IMG/VR virus record: IMGVR_UViG_3300034374_009547
Reading direction: 5' to 3' (one strand)
Length of the DNA stretch: 64,000 bases
Source of the DNA: a virus
Taxonomy: Duplodnaviria > Caudoviricetes
Below are positions 19,401 to 28,576 of this stretch, in pieces. A program made the translations under genes and the position numbers. Position 1 is the first letter of the stretch, and each line of letters starts with the position of its first letter. Under the pieces are notes generated by a model that was not told where the DNA came from, did no database searches, and saw nothing but the letters and a program-made list of their open reading frames with translations.

Positions 19401-22400
19401 TTTTTACTATTACTAGTCATGGATTTACTAATGGACAAAAATTAATTTATGATTCTGATGGTAATACTCCTATTGTTGGACTTGATAACGAACAAACATA
19501 TTATGTTAAAATTTTAGATGCAAACGAGTTTACTCTTACGTTTGACGAATCAGGAGATTTTGATGTTGATATTAGAGCAGTAGGTGCAAATACTCACAAG
19601 TTCTTCTCAAATGTTATTGAATTTTTTGTTGAAGAAGTTTTAAGTTCACATCAAACATATCAAACACTTATATTAGAATCGGGCGCAGAAAGTTATAACT
19701 TTGTTCCAGGTAGACAAATTTCAGGTACTACAGGTGCTAACAACAATAGTGCTCTTGTTTATGAATGGGAACCAAGAGATCGCAGACTTGTTGTAAGTGT
19801 TGAAGAAGTAAGTGTTGGTGCGTCTACATTACGAGTTCAATTTGACGAAACAAGTATTATTAGTAGTGACCATTCACCAAGTCCTAACAACACAATTTCA
19901 ATTAACGAAGTTGCTGCTAAAACTGGTTTAGGTACAGCAACATTTAGTATTACAGCTACAGATGGTAGTGCAAGTTTAACTAATCTAGTTAACTTGCCAG
20001 AAAAACAATGTTGGTTCCATAGACCAAGTATTGTTAACTCATCATCGCATACTTGGGAATATGCAGGTTCGGGTACAGACTATAACGCTCTACCACAGAA
20101 CGGTGGTAATACAAAAGAAGAATTTGAACAATTCGAAGAACTGCCAGGGCGTGTGTACTCATCAGGTACAAACGAACTTGGTGACTTTAAAGTTGGTGAC
20201 TTTATTACAGCGTTCAACAGAACTGGTAACATTACATTTAGAAACAAAGTTCAGGTGGATGAACTTGATGCTTTGAGACTGAGCTTGTCAGATGTTGCTA
20301 TTGAAGAAATCTCAACAAGTGTTAACTTAGGTGACGACGAACTTGGTGGCCCGAGTGATTCACGCATGGTTACTCAGCTTGCTGTTAGATCGTTTATTTC
20401 CAACAGACTAGGTGGCTTTGTTGATAAGTCAGTTTCAACTGCGGCTGTTCCTGGTGCTATTGTTCAATTGAATACAAACGGTCAGCTTAATCCTGACTTG
20501 ATTCCAGCAACACGTCAGTTTACAAACACAAACTCAAATGGTTATTTAAGTAGACTACTATTGATTAACACTATTCCTGCAACAGACTTAAAAGCTGGTG
20601 ATATTGGTACTGAAAATTATGAACAAGTTGAATTAATTCTTAGTGGAAACATCACAGCAGCTGATGGCGCCACAATCACACAACCTGGTGTTGACGGTGC
20701 AATTGGTTATGCTAAAGGTTCGTATAGTGCTAGTGGAAACATTCTTGTTGCAACAATCGGCGAAGCATGGGATGCCAACGAAGATAGTACAGGCGATCCA
20801 TGGGAAGTAAGCGCAGGAAACTTATTTGTGAATGGCGTAGACAGCGGTGTAAATATAAGTTCAAAAGGCGTTAGTAGTGAAATTATTGACAATTTCTTCT
20901 TACGTAGTAGTAATTCAAGTCAGTATCTAGTATTAGATGTAGACGACACATATAACTTTACTACAGGAGTTACTATCAGTAACTTGGCAAGAACTAGTAA
21001 TGTTGTTACCGTAACAACTAGCACTGCTCATGGATTTAAAATTGGAAACGTGGCTAGAGTTTATACTAGCGACGACGAAACATTCATACAAAACGGAGAA
21101 GTTTTAACCGTTCCTACTAGTACTTCATTTACAATTGCAAATACAGGTATAGATGTTAGTAGTTTTGCAGTTACAGATGGAAAGGTTTACACAATTGTTA
21201 CATCTGCTGATGGAAATGCTCAAGGTGCTGTTACAGAATCTAGATTTGGCGTATTAACTAATATTGATAATACAAGCATCACAGCTGGTAGTGGTTATCT
21301 ACCATCTGGAGGTACTCTAGTGTACAAAGATGTTCCTTTGACTGCAAACACAGGCGTAGGAACTGGTGCTACAGCTGATATTACGGTTACAGCAGGAGCT
21401 GTTACAGATGTTGATATTGCAACTGGTGGTAGTGGATATGCAGTAGGAGATTTATTAAGTGCAAATAATTCTAATTTAGGAGGCGCAGGCTCTAGCTTCG
21501 AATGTGAAGTTGTAAGTGTAGAAAAACGTGCATATGTTGATATTTTAGGAGGTGAATTATTTGTTGCTAGTGCATCAAGTATTGACTTTGTTGAAGATAA
21601 TGATAGTGTTGACACAAAGAAAACTATTAACCTAGATGATACAAGAGGATTTAATTTCTTAGCAGGTACTACAGGCGGCGGCGGTGCTGTTGACTATATT
21701 GATTACAGAATTAATATTCCAAATCATGGATTTACAAGCGGTGATCCTTTAAAATATGATACATTAGGCAATGTTGCAATTGGTGGGTTGTTGAATGGAA
21801 ATGTATATTATGCAAAAAGTATCGACGCAAATAATATAGAATTATACGAAGGATTTTCTCTTTTAAACAAAGTTGAATTTACTAGTACACCTGCAAACAA
21901 CAACCATAATTTGACTAGATATGTAGTTAATGTTGTTGATAATAGTATTTTAGTTGAAGGACATGGATTAACAACAGGCGATGCTATCAGAATTGAAAGT
22001 TTAGACGACGGTTCTAGTGCAAATGTTCTTCCTGATATCACAGGAGACGCAATTACTAGTGGTAGTAGATTCTTTGTAGGATCTGTAACAACTAATTCAT
22101 TTACTTTGCACGAACTTAGAAGTGATGCATTGAGCAGTATTAATGACCTAGTAACAAACGCTAAAGATATCGACGATGTAGGTGTAGGTAGTGCAGATAT
22201 TATTGCAAACAACGTTAGTGTACAGGCAGTTGTAAACACATCGAGTAAAACAAAAGATAACTGGAGTACACTTGCTGTCACAAACATTGATGCAGAAAAT
22301 ATTATTTCAGGTACTATTTCTCCATCACGCTTAGGTGCAAGTGGTACACCAAACAGCGATACAGCATTATTTGGTGATAGTGGATACAAGGTTGTTGTGC

Positions 22401-25400
22401 AAACACTGAAAAAAGCAACAACAACAGACAATCCAATTACACTTACAGGCTCAAGTATAGGTGCAGAATTCTATGGTGATCCTGTAAACATTGGTATTGC
22501 AAACGTTGATTTTGATGCACTTGCAACATTCTCAAAACTAGGTACAGCAAGATTCTTACAAACACAATTTGATGTTGCAAGTGATGGTAGCGGACAAGTG
22601 TTTATCAAAGACGGTGTAGTAGATGCTGGTACACTTGACGGACTTGATAGTAGTTATTTCTTAAACCCTGCTAACTTAACTAGCCTTGTACCAGTTACAA
22701 GAGGTGGTACTGCTATCGGTACATATGCTATAGGTGATATACTTTATGCACAATCTTCAGGTTCATTAAATACTCTAAATATAGGTAGAGCAAATAACTT
22801 CTTAAAGTCAAATGGTACTACACCAGAATGGGGTACAGCACTTGACTTGTCAGAAGGTTTGGACGTTGGATCTGCAAAACTAAGCTCAACTAGTACAGGT
22901 ACAGGTAGCTTATATAATGAAAATGTAACAAGTTTAGATATTGGCGGCGCAGCAACAAATATTAAAATTGGTAGTGTTGATGTAACTAGAAACTTGTTAC
23001 CATTTATTGATGGGTACGAAGCTACTATTTCTCAAAGTGTTGTTGTTAATTTAGGAAGTTTAACTGCTAACACAAATGATCCAGTAGCCAACGGTGAAAC
23101 TGAAGTTCCAATGGCAGACACAAGCTCAATACTTGTTGGTATGCTTGTTACTGGCAGTGGTAGTATTCCTGCAAATACAACGGTTAGTGGTGTTACAGAT
23201 GATTACATTTACTTGAGTGCAAATACAACAGGAACTATCTTTAGTGGTACTACACTAACCTTTACTTATACACCGTTTACAATTGGTGTACGTGATGGTG
23301 ATACTATCAACTTAAACGGCACAACGGTAACTAATTTAGACGGTAGCTGGCCTGTAATTGGTGCAACAAGTATTGCTACATCATTTACAATTAGAACAAC
23401 ATCTAATGTGACAGCTGATCCTAATGATGTTGTACAAGGTACAGCTACTATTGATGCTAACATGGTTATTAAAACACCAAAAGTTATTATTGGTGCTGCT
23501 GAAGCAAGTACAAGTCCAACAAATGCATCACTAGAAGGTAGTGATGGTATTGGTACTGATGTTGCTGGCGGATCTATGACAATTGAAGCAGGTATCGGTA
23601 CAGGTAATTCAACAGGCGCAGATATTATCTTTAAAACAGGTGAAGTTTCTACTACAAGCAATAATCCTCAAACATCAACAGAACGTTTGAGAATTGATAC
23701 TAGTGGTAAAGCAACCTTCACTGGTGAAGTAGAAGTTAACAACACTATTAGTACAACTGAAACCACGGTTGCTCTTTTAGACGATACTGCAACTACAATT
23801 AATATGGGCGGCGCTGCAACTACCGTCGAAATTGGTGCAGCTACAGGTACAACTACAATCCATAACAATGTTGATATTGATTTAGATTTAAATGTAGATG
23901 GTAGTGATATAACAACTAATCAAACAGGTACATTTAATCTGATTAATACAAACGCTACAACACTTAACATAGGTGGTGCAGCTACAACAATTAACATGGG
24001 TACAGGTGGTGATGGCGGTGGTACTACTACTATTGGACATGATTTAGTTGTTACAGGCGATCTTACCGTAAACGGCAATACAACAACAATCAATAGTACA
24101 ACATTGACCGTTGATGACTTGAATATCGTTATAGCAAGTGGTGCTGCAAGTGCAGCAGCAGCTAATGGTGCTGGATTAACAATTGATGGTGCAAATGTAA
24201 CATTTACATATGACAGCGGTCAAGATAGAATGGATCTTAATGAAGATCTAAACTTAGAATCTGGTAACGCATTCTTTATAAATGATCAAAGTGTGTTAAA
24301 TGCCACAACACTTGGTGCAGCAGTAGTAAACTCTAGTTTACAAACTCTAGGTACAATTAGTACAGGTATATGGCAAGGTACAATTATTTCTCCAACCTAC
24401 GGTGGTACAGGAATAAACAATGGTACTAAAACTATTACTTTAGGCGGAAATTTAACAACAAGTGGTGCATTTAATAGTACATTTACTATGACAGGTGCAA
24501 CAAGTGTTACATTCCCAACAAGCGGTACACTTGCAATTACAGGTAATCCGTTAAGTCAGTTTGCGTCTACAACAAGTGCTCAATTACGTGGAGTGTTAAG
24601 TGACGAAACAGGTACAGGTGTTGCAGTGTTTGGTACAAGTCCAACATTTACAACAGGTATTAATGCTGCAAGCACAACTATGGCATTGTTTGATACAACA
24701 GCAACTACATTAAACTTAGCTAGAGCTGCAACATCAATTACAATAGGTGCTACAACAGGTACTACAAACATTAGACATAACTTAAATGTTACAGGCGATC
24801 TAGACATAGATGGTGGTGACTTAACATTTAGTGATGCAAGTATTAATATTGCAAACACTACACCAACTACAATTACCATGGGTAATGCAGCAACAACATT
24901 TACATTAGGTGCTACAACAGGTACTTTAACCGTTAGAAATGCTACTACAACACTTAATGGTAATTTGAACGTTAACGGAAACACAATTGATACTGACGAA
25001 ACAGGTACATTTAATCTTGTAAAAGATAACGTAACAACGTTAGCATTTGCACAAGCAGCAACTGAAATAGTTGTTGGCGAAACCAAAGCAGCAGCAGATC
25101 TTGCTGGTGCGCTAGGTGAAATGGTTGTTAGACTAGATTTACGAACCAATAACGACATGTACATTGATGGTGATCTATTTGTTAGCCAAATTAACAACAC
25201 ACCAATTGGTAACGTAACTCCGAGTACAGGTGCATTTACTACACTTGCTGCAAATAACTTTGTAACATTCACTGATGCAACAAATGCAACAGGTGCAACA
25301 TTTGCAACAGGAACAGCAGCAGTAAAAATTACAGGCGGGTTGTACGTTGCAAAAGATATACGTGCAGATAATTTTATTGGTGATATGGATGCTAGTTACT

Positions 25401-27343
25401 TAACAAGTGGTATAATTCCAGATGCACGTATTCAATCAAGTGGTGTTACACAGCACCAATTGGATATCACAGGTACTGGTGCGCTAAACGCAGGTAGTAT
25501 TACAAGTGGCTTTGGCAACATCAACATTGGTACAAGTATCTTCTCAGGTAATGGTAGTGGATTAACAACGCTAAATGCAAGCAACTTATCAAGTGGTACC
25601 GTTGCAGATGCACGTATTCAATCAAGCAGTATTACACAACACCAAGGAGATATCACAGGTACTGGCGCACTAAACAGCGGTAGTATTACAAATGGATTTG
25701 GTAGCATTGATATTGGTACTGACATATTTACTGGTAATGGTAGCGGACTTACAACTCTAAATGCAAGTAACTTGTCAAGCGGTACCGTAAGCGGTAGTAG
25801 ACTTGGTGGAAATCAGTCAATGGCAGGTGTAAAAACATTTAGCGACACAACTGCTTCTACAAGTACTACAACAGGTGCAGTAAAAATTGCAGGCGGTTTA
25901 GGTGTTGCAGGCGACTTATATGCAGGTACACTTAACGGTAATGGTGCCGGATTAACCAGTCTAAATGCTTCTAATTTAGGTAGTGGAACCGTGCCTAACG
26001 CACGTATCAGTGGTACATACAGCAACATAACTGGTACAGGTGCTCTTAATGCAGGTGAGATTACAAGCGGCTTTGGTAACATCAATATTGGTACAAGTAC
26101 ATTTACTGGTAACGGTAGTGGATTGACCAGCGTTAATGCTGCTACACTTGATGGCATTGATAGTTTAAGTTTCCTACGTAGTGACCAAGCAGACACAATG
26201 ACCGGACTACTTACACTTAATCATGCTGGTAATGAAATGTTACGTATGCAAGATACTGCTGCTGATGGATCGCCATATATTACATGGTATCAAGCAGGAA
26301 CACGTAGAGGTTACATCCAATATGTTGACGGCGGTGATAGAATGTATATTGCTAACGAAGGTGGAAGTACTGCTATCGATCTTGACGGAGGTGTTAACGG
26401 ACTTATCTTTAGAAATGGCGCAAATGCCTACACCGTTTGGCACAGCGGTAACGATGGTGCAGGTAGCGGACTAAGTGCTGATAACCTAGATGGTATTAGT
26501 TCAGGTAGTTTCTTACGCAGTGATGCTGATGATAGTTTCTCAGGAACACTTAGTGGTGCCGGTGCTATCAATATTACAGGTAACGTAACTGCTAATGCAT
26601 TTAGTGGTGACGGTAGTGGACTTACTGGTATTAGTGCAGACGATGCTAATACACTAGACGGTATTGATAGCAGTCAGTTCTTACGTAGCGATCAAAATGA
26701 CACAATGGATGCAGGAGTCAACACTACACTAACTATTTTGTCAGACGACACCGGTGCGTCAACTATTCAGTTGTACGGAAACAGCCAAGGTACTGGTAGA
26801 GTTTATGTAGGACAAAGTAGTGCATACGGTGGTGGTATTGAATACAACGGTGATAACTCTCCAGCAACAACTGGCGCTGGTAGTGATTACATCACACTAT
26901 GGCGTAGAGATAACGGCACAGATAGTTGGACAGGTAGAAACCAGTATAACAGCAACAACTGGGAGTTTAGAGGCGAAGTTACAGCGTATGCGTCAGATGC
27001 TAGACTCAAAGATGTTACAGGCAATATTGATAATGCTATAGAAAAAGTCAAAGCACTAAACGGTGTAATTTATACTTGGAATGATACTGCATATGAAAAA
27101 GGTTTAAAAACTTACGCAGATGATAAAGCACCAGAAGCTGGTTTGCTTGCCCAAGAAGTTCAAAAAGTATTACCAGAAGTAGTTGTACCTGCTCCGTTTG
27201 ATAAAGAATACCTAACTATCAAATATGAGCGTGTTGTACCACTACTTGTTGAAGCAATCAAAGAGCAACAAGCACAGATTGATGCTCAAGCAACGGAGAT
27301 TGCAGAACTACGTGAAATGGTACAAAAACTACTGGATAAATAA
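16490..27343 (+). CDS. Giant tail fibre protein (3617 aa) with C-terminal intramolecular chaperone (peptidase S74)
   Basis: N-terminal HKRS...GELAINTADGKVY anchor motif; beta-helix-like region paralogous to the 3129-aa protein; 3 KCxRD repeats; LDGIDSxxFLRSD fibre repeats; C-terminal SDARLKD...AGLLAQEVQKVLPEVV...YERVVPLLVEAIKEQQ. Confidence 0.9.
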   Translation: MATTIRHKRSAVAGKQPLVSQLESGELAINTADGKVYLLRDDNTVQDITKRIFEGNSEVKVDDLGDSTVAQISATVNGNEALTITNAGFNFKNNIDIENAGTLTFRELTASGEDGVTLQPPSTLDAGYTLTLPPNKGSVGQILAVNASGELFFNDADIFGGNVLYVSQEQGDDENDGQSAPVKTVKRACQIASGLVYNSDGSINFRRINIKVAVGDYTEQNPIIVPDNTVIKGDGLRGCIIRPANANLDILRVRNACYFGEFTFRDGVDDNFVPLITGDYCVAFDDPDAVDVTDRNTYPNLPNTKPTITTSPYIQNCSILSFLGLNGAKIDGSKVESPNVPVNQIEAENPVVGAIPEQGKSMVANAFTMLSFGGTGWRLTNDAYAQIVSCFQIFLLNGVYTQSGGYCSITNSATNFGLYALRSSGYSPKAFSFDRSFVTQTGSSEGKQTVSVVGINRDAPVEEFILRFRDPDYKTAHDLLLSNKLSIAEDTVTWINAQIAASSPSIWAGFTYNEDKCRRDTRLLVDSIRYDIIFNSNYRTISSALRYFSGSFTNFADQKDQHIAAFAQAKAYTANILNDATATSRSNALWDEIIDILTNGDANTVPGDAVADAYSFPDPTNYNTSYLVGYGDARDQLQANKQFIIDEITAWIAVQVAAETPPFAGSFTYDAAKCERDVGLIIDALIYDITYGGNLQTKRAAEAYFVGTTAQYGANQKEETIAAYERLRDVIADVILEVAVTKSTGNAQTQDTSNTAGSAASKTFAVARIQEIIDFIDGGGVNEVTTIEPGTDWVSGNNEFEAYNRLNNEGAVNIAQNTTEWINEQIQANIWYGFTYDQSKCQRDTQLIVEAVAKDTWDTGNRYSRSAGLSYYTQNLQDSTRISISGQELQTIAAIDQAAVYANTYITSTSIAVQDFVNTRFGIVTTVINDPNDLPQPTEVSSEGDITNSYKTTPTETTFNAATNVNADTNIFTITSHGFTNGQKLIYDSDGNTPIVGLDNEQTYYVKILDANEFTLTFDESGDFDVDIRAVGANTHKFFSNVIEFFVEEVLSSHQTYQTLILESGAESYNFVPGRQISGTTGANNNSALVYEWEPRDRRLVVSVEEVSVGASTLRVQFDETSIISSDHSPSPNNTISINEVAAKTGLGTATFSITATDGSASLTNLVNLPEKQCWFHRPSIVNSSSHTWEYAGSGTDYNALPQNGGNTKEEFEQFEELPGRVYSSGTNELGDFKVGDFITAFNRTGNITFRNKVQVDELDALRLSLSDVAIEEISTSVNLGDDELGGPSDSRMVTQLAVRSFISNRLGGFVDKSVSTAAVPGAIVQLNTNGQLNPDLIPATRQFTNTNSNGYLSRLLLINTIPATDLKAGDIGTENYEQVELILSGNITAADGATITQPGVDGAIGYAKGSYSASGNILVATIGEAWDANEDSTGDPWEVSAGNLFVNGVDSGVNISSKGVSSEIIDNFFLRSSNSSQYLVLDVDDTYNFTTGVTISNLARTSNVVTVTTSTAHGFKIGNVARVYTSDDETFIQNGEVLTVPTSTSFTIANTGIDVSSFAVTDGKVYTIVTSADGNAQGAVTESRFGVLTNIDNTSITAGSGYLPSGGTLVYKDVPLTANTGVGTGATADITVTAGAVTDVDIATGGSGYAVGDLLSANNSNLGGAGSSFECEVVSVEKRAYVDILGGELFVASASSIDFVEDNDSVDTKKTINLDDTRGFNFLAGTTGGGGAVDYIDYRINIPNHGFTSGDPLKYDTLGNVAIGGLLNGNVYYAKSIDANNIELYEGFSLLNKVEFTSTPANNNHNLTRYVVNVVDNSILVEGHGLTTGDAIRIESLDDGSSANVLPDITGDAITSGSRFFVGSVTTNSFTLHELRSDALSSINDLVTNAKDIDDVGVGSADIIANNVSVQAVVNTSSKTKDNWSTLAVTNIDAENIISGTISPSRLGASGTPNSDTALFGDSGYKVVVQTLKKATTTDNPITLTGSSIGAEFYGDPVNIGIANVDFDALATFSKLGTARFLQTQFDVASDGSGQVFIKDGVVDAGTLDGLDSSYFLNPANLTSLVPVTRGGTAIGTYAIGDILYAQSSGSLNTLNIGRANNFLKSNGTTPEWGTALDLSEGLDVGSAKLSSTSTGTGSLYNENVTSLDIGGAATNIKIGSVDVTRNLLPFIDGYEATISQSVVVNLGSLTANTNDPVANGETEVPMADTSSILVGMLVTGSGSIPANTTVSGVTDDYIYLSANTTGTIFSGTTLTFTYTPFTIGVRDGDTINLNGTTVTNLDGSWPVIGATSIATSFTIRTTSNVTADPNDVVQGTATIDANMVIKTPKVIIGAAEASTSPTNASLEGSDGIGTDVAGGSMTIEAGIGTGNSTGADIIFKTGEVSTTSNNPQTSTERLRIDTSGKATFTGEVEVNNTISTTETTVALLDDTATTINMGGAATTVEIGAATGTTTIHNNVDIDLDLNVDGSDITTNQTGTFNLINTNATTLNIGGAATTINMGTGGDGGGTTTIGHDLVVTGDLTVNGNTTTINSTTLTVDDLNIVIASGAASAAAANGAGLTIDGANVTFTYDSGQDRMDLNEDLNLESGNAFFINDQSVLNATTLGAAVVNSSLQTLGTISTGIWQGTIISPTYGGTGINNGTKTITLGGNLTTSGAFNSTFTMTGATSVTFPTSGTLAITGNPLSQFASTTSAQLRGVLSDETGTGVAVFGTSPTFTTGINAASTTMALFDTTATTLNLARAATSITIGATTGTTNIRHNLNVTGDLDIDGGDLTFSDASINIANTTPTTITMGNAATTFTLGATTGTLTVRNATTTLNGNLNVNGNTIDTDETGTFNLVKDNVTTLAFAQAATEIVVGETKAAADLAGALGEMVVRLDLRTNNDMYIDGDLFVSQINNTPIGNVTPSTGAFTTLAANNFVTFTDATNATGATFATGTAAVKITGGLYVAKDIRADNFIGDMDASYLTSGIIPDARIQSSGVTQHQLDITGTGALNAGSITSGFGNINIGTSIFSGNGSGLTTLNASNLSSGTVADARIQSSSITQHQGDITGTGALNSGSITNGFGSIDIGTDIFTGNGSGLTTLNASNLSSGTVSGSRLGGNQSMAGVKTFSDTTASTSTTTGAVKIAGGLGVAGDLYAGTLNGNGAGLTSLNASNLGSGTVPNARISGTYSNITGTGALNAGEITSGFGNINIGTSTFTGNGSGLTSVNAATLDGIDSLSFLRSDQADTMTGLLTLNHAGNEMLRMQDTAADGSPYITWYQAGTRRGYIQYVDGGDRMYIANEGGSTAIDLDGGVNGLIFRNGANAYTVWHSGNDGAGSGLSADNLDGISSGSFLRSDADDSFSGTLSGAGAINITGNVTANAFSGDGSGLTGISADDANTLDGIDSSQFLRSDQNDTMDAGVNTTLTILSDDTGASTIQLYGNSQGTGRVYVGQSSAYGGGIEYNGDNSPATTGAGSDYITLWRRDNGTDSWTGRNQYNSNNWEFRGEVTAYASDARLKDVTGNIDNAIEKVKALNGVIYTWNDTAYEKGLKTYADDKAPEAGLLAQEVQKVLPEVVVPAPFDKEYLTIKYERVVPLLVEAIKEQQAQIDAQATEIAELREMVQKLLDK
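25390..26710 (+). repeat. Fibre-shaft repeats (GNGxGLTxLNASNLxSGT and LDGIxSxxFLRSD)
   Basis: Four GNG(S/A)GLT(T/S)(L/V)NA copies and three LDGI(D/S)SxxFLRSD copies visible in the translation. Confidence 0.8.
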
Positions 27344-27348
27344 AATTA

Positions 27349-27377
27349 AGATAGCCGGATTTTTCGGCTATCTATTT
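27349..27377 (+). terminator. Terminator-like hairpin after the tail fibre gene
   Basis: AGATAGCCGG-ATTTT-TCGGCTATCT then ATTT. Confidence 0.7.
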
Positions 27378-27404
27378 GACACAATGTAAATAGTATGTTA
27401 TTAT
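27376..27404 (+). promoter_or_regulatory. Sigma70-type promoter with a late-like TGTAAATA in its spacer
   Basis: TTGACA (27376-81), 17 nt, TATTAT (27399-404); TGTAAATA at 27385-92. Confidence 0.75.
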
Positions 27405-27423
27405 AGAGTAAATAGGAAATAAT

Positions 27424-27603
27424 ATGGCACTACCAGCAACTGGATCTACGATTAGTATGACAAACATCAACAATTATTTTGTTGCTGGTGGTTTTACATC
27501 TTCTTTTGTTTTAAGTGTATTAGGTACATACATCGGAATTTCTGCTGGTACTACAATAAGTATGAGTAGTTCGTTTGGTGGTTATTATTTCCCAGCAACT
27601 TAG
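27424..27603 (+). CDS. Small uncharged Ser/Thr/Gly-rich protein (59 aa), absent from the ORF track
   Basis: MALPATGSTISMTNINNYFVAGGFTSSFVLSVLGTYIGISAGTTISMSSSFGGYYFPAT*; SD AGGA; its stop TAG overlaps the SD (AGGAG) of the next gene. Confidence 0.8.
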   Translation: MALPATGSTISMTNINNYFVAGGFTSSFVLSVLGTYIGISAGTTISMSSSFGGYYFPAT

Positions 27604-27611
27604 GAGTTACA

Positions 27612-27992
27612 ATGAAATCTTTATACGAAGTGTTAAACATTGATTTAGCACAAGAATATACTAAAACTAGAAAACTAGCAAAATTACAAACACTAGAAAT
27701 CAGCGATGCTCAACTAGAAATTGAAGTTAAAAAAGCAATTGATAGCATGGATATTCCAGACGACGACGATCGTTATCATTGGATTCAAAAACTAGGTCAC
27801 GCAGCAGGTGCAGATTTGCTTACTATTGGTAAAGTACAACCTGAAAATATGCTTGCAATGGCAGCATTAAATGCTGATGATTTTCAAGAAGCAGTAAAAG
27901 TAGCTACAGGTACTGCACGTAATTGGAACAAACAAACTATTGAAGCTGAAAAGCAACTAGCAGAAGAATCTATGCCAACAACTATCTTGTAA
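27612..27992 (+). CDS. Hypothetical protein (126 aa, helical)
   Basis: SD AGGAG; translationally coupled to the downstream glycosyltransferase (TAATG overlap). Confidence 0.8.
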   Translation: MKSLYEVLNIDLAQEYTKTRKLAKLQTLEISDAQLEIEVKKAIDSMDIPDDDDRYHWIQKLGHAAGADLLTIGKVQPENMLAMAALNADDFQEAVKVATGTARNWNKQTIEAEKQLAEESMPTTIL

Positions 27993-28576
27993 TGAAACTA
28001 GCAATTTGTGTTCCAACAAGAGACACGGTACATACATTATTTGCAGTAAGTTTGTGTAATCTTACAAACACACTTACAAAAAACAATATAGATTTTAATG
28101 TCCATATTGTTGCAGGAAGTGTAATATGCAATAGTCGAACTAGATTAGCCAAAGAAGCATTAGAAACAGGTGCAACACATTTGCTTTGGTTAGATAGTGA
28201 TATGGCTTTTGCATCAAATGTTGTAGAACAACTACTAAACCACAACAAAGACATAGTGGCTGCAAATTACAGCACACGGTATGCTCCTTATCAAAGTGTT
28301 GCTTTTGTAGACCCTGACGATATGGATTGTAGATTAAATGCAACCAATGGTTTACATAAAGTTTGGGCTGTAGGCATGGGTTGTATGCTTGTAAAATCAC
28401 AAGTTTACAAAGATTTACCAAAGCCTTGGTTTGATCACGAATATAATAAAAAATTAGACAACTTCAGCGGCGAGGATATATATTTTTGTAATCAGGCGAT
28501 GCATCACGGTTATGAAGTATATGTTGATGCAGATGTAAAATTATCGCATATAGGAATAAAGGCAAACACATTATGA
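27992..28576 (+). CDS. Glycosyltransferase, GT-A fold (GT2-like)
   Basis: ICVPTRD, RTRLAKEAL, LLWLDSDM (DxD), GMGCMLV, GEDIYFC, SHIG. Confidence 0.85.
   Translation: MKLAICVPTRDTVHTLFAVSLCNLTNTLTKNNIDFNVHIVAGSVICNSRTRLAKEALETGATHLLWLDSDMAFASNVVEQLLNHNKDIVAANYSTRYAPYQSVAFVDPDDMDCRLNATNGLHKVWAVGMGCMLVKSQVYKDLPKPWFDHEYNKKLDNFSGEDIYFCNQAMHHGYEVYVDADVKLSHIGIKANTL

Noticed and set aside
25390-27343. Diversity-generating retroelement acting on the fibre tip
   Set aside because: No template/variable repeat pair differing at adenines and no reverse transcriptase were seen.
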